Assembly: GCA_025935545.1 (NCBI GenBank)
Contig: JAICVB010000002.1
Span: 1 to 34,946, forward strand
DNA: 34,946 nucleotides
Direction: 5' to 3'
Source of the DNA: Gemmatimonadales bacterium
GTDB lineage: Bacteria; Gemmatimonadota; Gemmatimonadetes; Gemmatimonadales; GWC2-71-9
The stretch's first letter is position 1; each line of letters begins with the position of its first letter. The notes beneath the pieces were generated by a model that saw only the letters and a list, made by a program, of their open reading frames with translations, had not been told where the DNA came from and did not search any database. Shown piece after piece: positions 1 to 6,787 of the stretch. The translations under genes and the position numbers were made by a program.

Positions 1-116
1 ACCCCACCCCCGCCCCCCCCCACCCCCCGCGCCGGGGCGCGGGCGCCCCCCCCGGGGGCGGCCCCGCCCCCCGCGCCCCCCCCGGGCGGCGGGGGGGCGG
101 CGCGCCGGCCCCCCGC
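1..116. other. G/C-only low-complexity tract at window start (probable contig-end or assembly artefact)
   Basis: The first ~116 nt contain no T and only three A (positions 1, 6, 22). They consist of runs of C and G (ccccccccc, ggggggg). Recognisable protein homology in the overlapping frame starts only at about nt 111. Confidence 0.6.
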
Positions 117-821
117 TTCCGCGAGGATTACCTCCGGATTCTCCGCGGGATCCGCTTCGCCGCCAGGCTGGCCTTCGAGATGGATCCCGCGACGTGGGCC
201 GCCGCGCGGGCCGAGAGCGCGGGGCTGGCCGGGCTTTCGGCGGAACGGGTGCGCGACGAGTGGTTCAAGGGCCTTCGCACCGCGCTCGATGTGCGCGTCC
301 TCGTTCGCCTCTGGCACGACTCGGGCGCCGCCGCGGTCTGGCTGCCGGATCTCGCGCGCGATGTACCGGCGGGACTCTCCGCGTTCCCGCGCGATCCCGT
401 CCTGCTCACGACGTCGCTCCTCGGCGCCCCGGGTGCCGCGCTTCGGCGGCTGCGTGCCTCCAATGCCGAGATCGCGCGAGCGGAGGCGGCGACGGCCGCG
501 CGCGTCGCCGCCGAGCCGGGAGCGGAGGGTGCACGCCGCTGGCTCGCGCGGGTCGGCGATGCGGCGGACGACGCGCTGCGACTGGCCGAGCTGGAAACCG
601 GGCGCCCGGCGCCCTGGGCGGATGCCGTGGCGGGCGTGCGAGCGCGCGGGGAGGCCACGACCCGGAAGGCGCTCGCGGTGACCGGCGCCGACCTCGTGGC
701 GCTCGGCCTTCGCGGTCCGGCGGTGGGGGAAGCGCTCGACGCGCTGCTGGACTGCGTCCTCCGGGAGCCCGCGCTGAACGAGCGGGATGCGCTCCTCGCG
801 CTGGTCCGGCGCGCTCCGTGA
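3..821 (+). CDS. tRNA nucleotidyltransferase (CCA-adding) / poly(A) polymerase family protein, C-terminal part; 5' end truncated or uncertain
   Basis: The frame is open to the window edge. From about nt 111 it reads PRFREDYLRILRGIRFAARLAFEMDPATW, the conserved ED.LR.LR..RFAARL.F helix of the CCA/PcnB family, followed by a helical tail. Stop TGA is at 819-821. The first ~100 nt are low-complexity G/C, so the real 5' extent is unknown. Confidence 0.7.
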   Translation, partial: PTPAPPHPPRRGAGAPPGGGPAPRAPPGRRGGGAPAPRFREDYLRILRGIRFAARLAFEMDPATWAAARAESAGLAGLSAERVRDEWFKGLRTALDVRVLVRLWHDSGAAAVWLPDLARDVPAGLSAFPRDPVLLTTSLLGAPGAALRRLRASNAEIARAEAATAARVAAEPGAEGARRWLARVGDAADDALRLAELETGRPAPWADAVAGVRARGEATTRKALAVTGADLVALGLRGPAVGEALDALLDCVLREPALNERDALLALVRRAP

Positions 822-1531
822 CGCCGATCCTGTTCGCCCTGATGGCGGCGGCCGGCAACCTCGCCGGGGCGATCGCGGTGGTGCGGCACCAGCGCCGCGA
901 GATGCGGCTCATCGAGCGGTTCATTGCCTTCGGTGCGGGCTTCATGGCGGCGACCGTCCTGGTCGGCATGCTCCCCGAGGCCCTCACCCGTCCCGGTGCC
1001 GCCTACTACGTCCTGGCCGGATACCTCGCGGTCCACCTCGCGCAGCACGTGCTGACGCCGCACTTTCACTTCGGCGAGGAGACCCACCGGCTGAGCTCGG
1101 GGGCGGGCCTGTCGGCGCTGGCCGGCCTGTCGCTCCACACCTTCTTCGATGGCGTCGCGATCGCGAGCGGATTTCTGGTGTCCGGCCGGCTCGGCATGCT
1201 CCTCTTCCTCGCGGTGTTCCTGCACAAGCTGCCGGAAGGCGTGACGATCGCGAGCGTGATGCTCGCGGGTGGCGGCGGGCGGCGGCGGGCCCTGGCTGCG
1301 GCCACGGCACTCGGGCTCGCGACGGTGCTCGGAGTGCTGCTCACCGAGGTGGCCCGACCCCTCGTGGATCACGGACTGGCGCTGTCGGCCGGCGTTACCC
1401 TGTACGTCGCCGCCTCGGACCTGGTGCCGGCCTTCCAGGCCAAGCGGGGGTGGCCCGTGGCGCTCGCGTTCTTCGGCGGCGCGGCGGCTTTTCTCCTGAC
1501 CAGCGTGCTCCTCGGCCGCTGGGTCGGCTAG
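818..1531 (+). CDS. ZIP family divalent-metal (zinc) transporter, ZupT-like
   Basis: Multi-TM protein. HTFFDGVAIASGF and HKLPEGVTIASVM match the ZIP TM4/TM5 metal-site motifs. GTG 818 overlaps the upstream stop (GTGA). An alternative in-frame ATG lies at 842. The long upstream part of ORF 194..1531 is Arg-rich read-through. Confidence 0.8.
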   Translation: MTPILFALMAAAGNLAGAIAVVRHQRREMRLIERFIAFGAGFMAATVLVGMLPEALTRPGAAYYVLAGYLAVHLAQHVLTPHFHFGEETHRLSSGAGLSALAGLSLHTFFDGVAIASGFLVSGRLGMLLFLAVFLHKLPEGVTIASVMLAGGGGRRRALAAATALGLATVLGVLLTEVARPLVDHGLALSAGVTLYVAASDLVPAFQAKRGWPVALAFFGGAAAFLLTSVLLGRWVG

Positions 1532-1542
1532 CGGAGGGCGCC

Positions 1543-2904
1543 ATGTCACCACGACGGCAGGGCGGCGCGGCGGAGGAGGATTCGCTCTTCAGCACCGCGG
1601 CCGATGCGCAGCCGCTCGCCGCGCGGATGCGGCCGCGCACCCTCGACGAGTACGTCGGCCAGACCCACCTGCTCGCACCCGGCAAGCCGCTCCGCGACGC
1701 GGTCGAGAAGGGAACGCCGGGCTCGATCATCTTCTGGGGGCCGCCCGGTGCCGGCAAGACGACGCTGGCGCACCTCATCGCGGCGAGCACCGGGCGCGTG
1801 TTCGTGCCCTTCAGCGCGGTGACCGAGGGCGTGCCGCGCATCCGGGAGATCGTTGGAGCGGCTCGCGGGCGGCTCCAATCCGGCGGGGCGCAGACGATCC
1901 TGTTCATCGACGAGATCCATCGGCTGAACAAGGCGCAGCAGGACAGCCTGCTGCCACCCACCGAGCAGGGGGTGGTGACGCTGATCGGCGCCACCACCGA
2001 GAATCCGAGCTTCGAGATCAACGGCGCGCTGCTCTCGCGGACGCGTGTCTTCGTGCTGGAGCCGCTGGCCGCGGAGGACGTCGCGACCGTGGTGCGCCGG
2101 GCGCTGGACGACCACGAGCGCGGGCTCGGCGCGCTGGAGCTCACGCTCACCGACGACGCGCTCGGCCTCATCGCGGCCGAGGCCGACGGTGACGCCCGGC
2201 GCGCGCTCACGGTCCTCGAGGCGGCGGCGGCGCACGTGGGCCTCCGGGGGACCATCGACGCCGAGGCGGCGCGCGAGGCGATGCAGAAGCGCTTTGCCCG
2301 CTATGACAAGGCGGGCGAGGAGCACTTCAACCTCCTGTCGGCCTACCACAAGTCGCTCCGCGGGAGCGACCCGCAGGGGGCGCTCTACTGGATGGCGCGG
2401 ATGATCGACGGCGGGGAGGATCCCATGACCCTCTTCCGCCGCGCGATCGCGATGGCCGCCGAGGACATCGGGCTCGCCGACCCGAACGCGCTCCCCCTCG
2501 CGGTGGCGGCGCGCGACGCCTTCCACATGCTGGGCGCGCCCGAGGGCTATCTGCCGCTCGCCGAGATGACGATCTACCTCGCCACCGCGCCCAAGTCGAA
2601 CAGCACCAAGCGGGCGCTCGACGCGGCCATGGAGGCGGCGCAGGCCACGCCCGCCGCGCCGGTGCCGTTGCACATCCGGAACGCGCCCACCGCGCTCATG
2701 AAGGAGCTGGGCTACCACGCGGGCTACCGCTACGCGCACGACTCGCCCGACGCGTACCTGCCGCAGGACTACCTGCCCGACCAGCTGAGGGACGCCGCCT
2801 TCTACACGCCCGGCTCGTTCGGCTACGAGAAGCGGGTGGCCGAGCGGCTCGCCTGGTGGGCCCGGAAGCGGGCGGAGTCGGAGAGCGGCCCGGAGGCCGG
2901 GTAA
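1543..2904 (+). CDS. rarA: Replication-associated recombination protein A (MgsA/RarA AAA+ ATPase)
   Basis: Walker A is GPPGAGKTTLA and Walker B is ILFIDEIHRLNK. TLIGATTENPSFE and the C-terminal MgsA motif DPQGALYWMARMIDGGEDP are present. A GGAGGG Shine-Dalgarno lies 4 nt before ATG 1543. Confidence 0.92.
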   Translation: MSPRRQGGAAEEDSLFSTAADAQPLAARMRPRTLDEYVGQTHLLAPGKPLRDAVEKGTPGSIIFWGPPGAGKTTLAHLIAASTGRVFVPFSAVTEGVPRIREIVGAARGRLQSGGAQTILFIDEIHRLNKAQQDSLLPPTEQGVVTLIGATTENPSFEINGALLSRTRVFVLEPLAAEDVATVVRRALDDHERGLGALELTLTDDALGLIAAEADGDARRALTVLEAAAAHVGLRGTIDAEAAREAMQKRFARYDKAGEEHFNLLSAYHKSLRGSDPQGALYWMARMIDGGEDPMTLFRRAIAMAAEDIGLADPNALPLAVAARDAFHMLGAPEGYLPLAEMTIYLATAPKSNSTKRALDAAMEAAQATPAAPVPLHIRNAPTALMKELGYHAGYRYAHDSPDAYLPQDYLPDQLRDAAFYTPGSFGYEKRVAERLAWWARKRAESESGPEAG

Positions 2905-2908
2905 ACGT

Positions 2909-3385
2909 TCACGCCGCGCGTCGTTCCACCCGGAGATCGTAGCAGCCCGCCTGCATGTCGCGCACGTGCACATAGTCGACGCCAGGGCTGGCGAACAGGG
3001 CCTCGATCGCGGCTTCCACCGCGCCGTCCGTCACGTGGACTTCACCCTGATGGACGCGGCCTCGGCCGAATGCCACGAGCGTGAGCGGATGCGCGCGGAG
3101 ATCCTCGGGAAAGCCGGCATCTTCGGCGTGCCGCGGGCAGCTGTCGGCGTGAATGAACACCGGGCCCGGCTGGGGCAGGGTCTCCACCCCCTCGAACGCG
3201 TCCCACGTGAAGAGGATCCGCTCCTCCCGGCCCACACGGAACGTGCGGAGGCAATGACGGCAGGGGCCGTAGCCGCGCGCGATCTCGACGTGCGCGGGAT
3301 GTCCGTAACGGGGGGCCGTCAGCGTCGCACGTACGCTGTCGGCAACGGAGGACGGGATGGCGATGAAGCGGTAGGAGGACGGCAT
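2909..3385 (-). CDS. DUF1203 family protein (function unknown)
   Basis: The 158-aa product has the layout I associate with DUF1203: N-terminal YRF..IP, GYGPCRHCL, GPVFIH and a C-terminal VDYVHVRDMQAGCYDLRVER. It lies downstream of ada on the same strand, 120 nt away. Confidence 0.65.
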   Translation of the reverse strand: MPSSYRFIAIPSSVADSVRATLTAPRYGHPAHVEIARGYGPCRHCLRTFRVGREERILFTWDAFEGVETLPQPGPVFIHADSCPRHAEDAGFPEDLRAHPLTLVAFGRGRVHQGEVHVTDGAVEAAIEALFASPGVDYVHVRDMQAGCYDLRVERRAA

Positions 3386-3461
3386 CTGGCGGCTCCGCGG
3401 TGCGGGTCGGGGCGTTCCGCCGCGGCGCCGGTGGCCGGGCGGTGGATCGTGCCGCCAATCT

Positions 3462-3483
3462 GCGCATCCGCGGCCGGATGCGC
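3462..3483 (-). terminator. Perfect 9-bp stem / 4-nt loop GC-rich hairpin 22 nt downstream of the ada stop (possible terminator or attenuator, no U-tract)
   Basis: gcgcatccg-cggc-cggatgcgc is a perfect inverted repeat. The following sequence on the minus strand, AGATTGGCGGC, is not U-rich, so a canonical intrinsic terminator is not supported. Confidence 0.3.
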
Positions 3484-3505
3484 GTCCCGCTTCCTGCGCA
3501 TGAAC

Positions 3506-4672
3506 TCAGCCGGCAGCCCGCTCCTGTTCGAGGAGCCGCGCCTTCCGTTCGGCGCCCCAGCGGTAGCCGCCGAGCGCGGCGCACCCGGTGGTGGTCGCCC
3601 GGGTCCCCTTCGGCACGACGCGGTGACACGGCACCATGAGCGCGACCCGGTTGCTGGCGATGGCCGACGCCACGGCGCGCACTGCCCGGGGGGCGCCGAC
3701 CGCCGCGGCCACGTCCGTGTAGGAGCGCACCTCGCCGGGGGGAATGGCGCGCACGGCGCGCCATACGCGGTCCTGGAACGGAGTACCCTGCACATCGAGC
3801 GGGACGTCGCCGAGCGGGGGGACGTCGGCGTCGCGCGCGTGGGGGACATCGGCGGCCGGCGGCGTCCCCGCTGCACGGACGGCGGAGGCGAGCCAGCGGG
3901 ACAGATCGGCGTCGGCGCGGAGGGCCGCGCCCTCCAGCCGCTCGCGCACCGCCTCGGGATACTCCGCCGCGAGCGCCGCCTCGAGTGCGGTGTCGTCGTC
4001 CCCCAGCGTGACGGCGCAGACGCCGCGAGCGGTCGCGGCGACGAGAATCCGTCCGATCGGGGTCCCCGCGATGGCGTAGCGGATGTGCACGCCGCGGCCG
4101 CCGCGGCGGTAGGCCGCCGGCGTCATGCCGAGGTGGGCGGCGGCGGCGTCGTACGCGCGGCTCGACGCGCCGAACCCCGCGTCGAAGGTGGCGCGGCTCA
4201 CGCTGGGCGCCTCGCGCAGCTCGGTCTTGAAGCGATCGGCCCGGAGCGCGGCGGCGTAGCGGCGCGGGCTCGTGCCCACGATCCGGGTGAAGGTGCGCTG
4301 CAGGTGATGCGGGCTCAGCCCCACCTGGCGGGCGAGCTCGTCCAGCGACGCCGGCGCCTCGGGATGGGCCTCGATGAGGGCGCGGGCGCGCTCCACCGCG
4401 CGCGCGGCTGCCGAGGGCGCGGGCTGGGTCTGATCGGGCCGGCACCGGCGGCAGGGCCGGTAGCCCGCGGCGACGGCCGTCGAGGCGTTGGCCAGGAACG
4501 AGACATTCTCCCGCCTGGGCCGTCGCGAGGGGCAGCTCGGGCGGCAGAAGATGCGGGTCGTCCGTACCGCATACACGAACCGGCCATCCATCGCGGTGTC
4601 CCGCTCGAGCACCGCGGCCCACGCCTCGCGCTCGTCCATCGGGTCGGTCACGCGGGTAGCGTTGCTGATCAT
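3506..4672 (-). CDS. ada: Bifunctional Ada: methylphosphotriester-DNA methyltransferase / AraC-type activator / O6-methylguanine-DNA methyltransferase
   Basis: The N-Ada zinc Cys cluster is FCRPSCPSRRPRRENV...YRPCRRCRP. The AraC HTH is LDELARQVGLSPHHLQRTF. The C-terminal MGMT domain carries the active site VPCHRVV. An AAGGAGA Shine-Dalgarno lies 8 nt upstream of ATG 4672. Confidence 0.92.
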   Translation of the reverse strand: MISNATRVTDPMDEREAWAAVLERDTAMDGRFVYAVRTTRIFCRPSCPSRRPRRENVSFLANASTAVAAGYRPCRRCRPDQTQPAPSAAARAVERARALIEAHPEAPASLDELARQVGLSPHHLQRTFTRIVGTSPRRYAAALRADRFKTELREAPSVSRATFDAGFGASSRAYDAAAAHLGMTPAAYRRGGRGVHIRYAIAGTPIGRILVAATARGVCAVTLGDDDTALEAALAAEYPEAVRERLEGAALRADADLSRWLASAVRAAGTPPAADVPHARDADVPPLGDVPLDVQGTPFQDRVWRAVRAIPPGEVRSYTDVAAAVGAPRAVRAVASAIASNRVALMVPCHRVVPKGTRATTTGCAALGGYRWGAERKARLLEQERAAG

Positions 4673-4775
4673 GCGTCACGTCTCCTTCGGCTCACGTCAG
4701 GAAAGATCGACTGGCGGCGGCCTCTCCGCCACGGACCCAGGATAGGGTCTCGGCCGCCTCCTCGCGTCCCGCTTC

Positions 4776-4788
4776 TTGCGCGCGAATT
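4776..4788 (-). promoter_or_regulatory. Candidate Ada box (AAT-N6-GCAA) upstream of ada
   Basis: The minus strand reads GGAATTCGCGCGCAAGAAG. It fits the E. coli Ada operator consensus AATnnnnnnGCAA (A box and B box) and is oriented toward ada. It lies 104 nt upstream of the ATG. A TATCCT -10-like hexamer (4739-4744) sits 31 nt downstream of the box. Confidence 0.4.
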
Positions 4789-4903
4789 CCGGCGTGCCGG
4801 TCGTCGCCGGCGCGCACGGCCTGTGATGGGGCGCACGGTGGCCCGGCGGCAGGTCGCGCATCGTGCAACGGCACCGGATATCACCTACTGGAGATGGCGA
4901 TCC

Positions 4904-5428
4904 ATGACTCGACGACTGGCCGCGTGGCTCCTCCTGGGTCCGGCGGCGGCCCTGGCCGGCTGCAGCGGGATCCCCGACAATTTCCGCGACCCCGAGATCC
5001 AGCTGAACCAGGTCATCCTGCGGGGCGCCGGGCTCACCGGTGGGACGATGGACCTGGTAGTAAACGTCCGCAACCCGAACGGGTTCGATCTCCGCGGCAC
5101 GAAGCTGCAGGTCGGCTTCGACGTCGAGGGCTCGCACGTGGGTGACGTCACCTATCAGGACGAGTTCCAGGTCCGGAAGAACGACACCACCGTGGTGACG
5201 CTGCCCGTGCGGTTCAACTGGGCCGGCGTGGGCGCCGCAGTTCGCTCCGCGGTGGGTTATGGTGATATTCCGTACACGATGCGCGGCCAGGCGACGATCC
5301 GCACCCCGTTCGGCAACCACGTCGTCGCCTTTACGCGGGAGGGCCGCGCGCCCCTGACGCGGGGCGCAGGCGGCATCCTGCCAAGCGGCACTGCCGCCCC
5401 GGGCAGCTCGCTTCCACCTTCACACTGA
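4904..5428 (+). CDS. LEA_2 / WHy-domain lipoprotein (NDR1/HIN1-like)
   Basis: The signal peptide carries a lipobox (AALAGC). VVNVRNPNGFDL contains the NPN motif of the WHy/LEA-14 fold, and the rest is beta-rich. Only the last 174 codons of the 820-aa ORF 2966..5428 have coding character. Confidence 0.75.
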   Translation: MTRRLAAWLLLGPAAALAGCSGIPDNFRDPEIQLNQVILRGAGLTGGTMDLVVNVRNPNGFDLRGTKLQVGFDVEGSHVGDVTYQDEFQVRKNDTTVVTLPVRFNWAGVGAAVRSAVGYGDIPYTMRGQATIRTPFGNHVVAFTREGRAPLTRGAGGILPSGTAAPGSSLPPSH

Positions 5429-5560
5429 GGCACGCCAGCCATTCGAGATCCCATCCCGGTCCGCGATCCGATCGAGCGGGCCATCCTGGTCGCCGCACCC
5501 CGCAAGGGCTCGCCTGACGCACGTCACGTCACCGAACATCTCGAGGAGCTCACCCGCCTG

Positions 5561-6763
5561 GTGGACACGGCCGGCGCCGACGTCGTCGGGCGGGTGGTGC
5601 AGCAGGTCGCATCGGCCAGCCCGGCGACGCTGATCGGGGAGGGGAAGGTCGAGGAGGTCGCCCGGCTGGTGGAGGAGATGGCCGCGACCCTCGTCATCTT
5701 CGACGAGGAGCTCACGCCGGCGCAGGGCGGCAACCTGGAGCGGGAGCTCAAGGTTCGCGTCATGGATCGCGCCGAGGTCATCCTCGACATCTTCTCGACC
5801 CGGGCGCGGTCCCACGAGGCGAAGCTGCAGGTGGAGCTGGCGCAGCTCGAGTACATGCTGCCCCGGCTCACGCGGATGTGGACCCACCTCTCGCGCATCC
5901 GTGGAGGCATCGGTCTTCGGGGACCCGGTGAGACCCAGCTGGAGACCGACCGGCGCATGATCCGGAAGCGGATCGGTGCGCTCAAGGGGAAGCTCAAGGA
6001 CGTCCAGCGCCACCGCGAGAACCTCCGCGCCGGCCGCGATCCGTTGCTCAGCGTGGCGCTGGTGGGCTACACCAACGCCGGCAAGTCCAGCGTGCTGCGG
6101 GCGCTGTCTGGTGAGCACGAGATCCTGGTGGAGGACCGGCTCTTCGCCACGCTCGATACCCTCACGCGCGAGGTGGAGCTGGGCGAAGGGGTGCGGGCGC
6201 GGGTCACCGACACCGTCGGCTTCATCCGGAAGCTCCCGCACCACCTCGTCGCGAGCTTCCGCGCCACGCTCGAGGAGGCGCGCGAGGGCGATGTGCTGCT
6301 CCACATCGTGGATGCGAGCCATCCCGACTGGGAGGGCCAGATGCGGGTGGTGGACAAGGTGCTGGCCGAGCTCGACCTGGCGGACCGGCCGACCATCCCG
6401 GTGTTCAACAAGGTTGACGCGCTGCCCGATCCGGCCGTGTTCGCGGCGCGGGCGCGCGAGCTGTATCCCACCGGGGTGCTCGCGACCACCATGCGCACCG
6501 ACGGGCTCAACGCGGTGAAGGCGGCGCTCAGGAGCCGGAACCGCATCGATCGCCCGACGGTCGCCGTGCGGCTGCCGCTCAGCGCAGGTGCGCGCGCCGC
6601 GTCGCTCTATCGTCTCGGCGAGGTGGTGTCGCGGGAGGAGAACGGCGACGGCTATGCGATGGTGGTGCGCCTCGACCGCTGGCAGATCGACCGGCTCAGG
6701 GCGGAAGGGGTGGACGTGGAGGACGCCGTGTCCCCGGCTGCCCGGCAGCGCGCCATCGGCTAG
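5561..6763 (+). CDS. hflX: GTPase HflX (true start probably upstream of the first canonical start codon)
   Basis: HflX N-domain motifs are HEAKLQVELAQLEYMLPRL and GGIGLRGPGETQLETDRR. The GTPase motifs are G1 GYTNAGKSS, G3 DTVGF and G4 NKVD. GTG 5561 is the first ATG/GTG/TTG in frame, but conserved residues (ERAILVAAP...EHLEELTRLVDTAG) are encoded at 5474-5560. Confidence 0.9.
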   Translation: MDTAGADVVGRVVQQVASASPATLIGEGKVEEVARLVEEMAATLVIFDEELTPAQGGNLERELKVRVMDRAEVILDIFSTRARSHEAKLQVELAQLEYMLPRLTRMWTHLSRIRGGIGLRGPGETQLETDRRMIRKRIGALKGKLKDVQRHRENLRAGRDPLLSVALVGYTNAGKSSVLRALSGEHEILVEDRLFATLDTLTREVELGEGVRARVTDTVGFIRKLPHHLVASFRATLEEAREGDVLLHIVDASHPDWEGQMRVVDKVLAELDLADRPTIPVFNKVDALPDPAVFAARARELYPTGVLATTMRTDGLNAVKAALRSRNRIDRPTVAVRLPLSAGARAASLYRLGEVVSREENGDGYAMVVRLDRWQIDRLRAEGVDVEDAVSPAARQRAIG

Positions 6764-6787
6764 GGGCAGCTCCGCCGGCGGGCGCGG

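Noticed and set aside
128-1552. A 474-aa minus-strand ORF antisense to the CCA-family and ZIP genes. Similar long antisense or off-frame ORFs occur throughout, for example 1546..2973(-), 3042..4679(-), 6965..9205(+), 16169..17623(-), 21732..22679(-), 27303..28769(-), 29262..30743(-), 30952..32226(-) and 33096..34190(-).
   Set aside because: Their translations are dominated by Arg, Pro, Gly and Ala with no recognisable motifs. They mirror genes that have strong family signatures and the expected GC3 bias. This is the typical shadow-ORF phenomenon of high-GC DNA.
2966-5428. An 820-aa plus-strand ORF spanning the DUF1203 and ada regions. The N-terminal extensions of ORFs 194..1531, 787..2904, 18898..21747, 20976..23657, 27129..28904, 29564..30970 and 30889..32178 are similar cases.
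   Set aside because: Only the 3' portions have coding character and family motifs. The upstream parts are Arg/Gly/Pro-rich read-through lying antisense to, or out of frame with, well-supported genes. Internal starts with Shine-Dalgarno sites or stop-start overlaps give sensible proteins.
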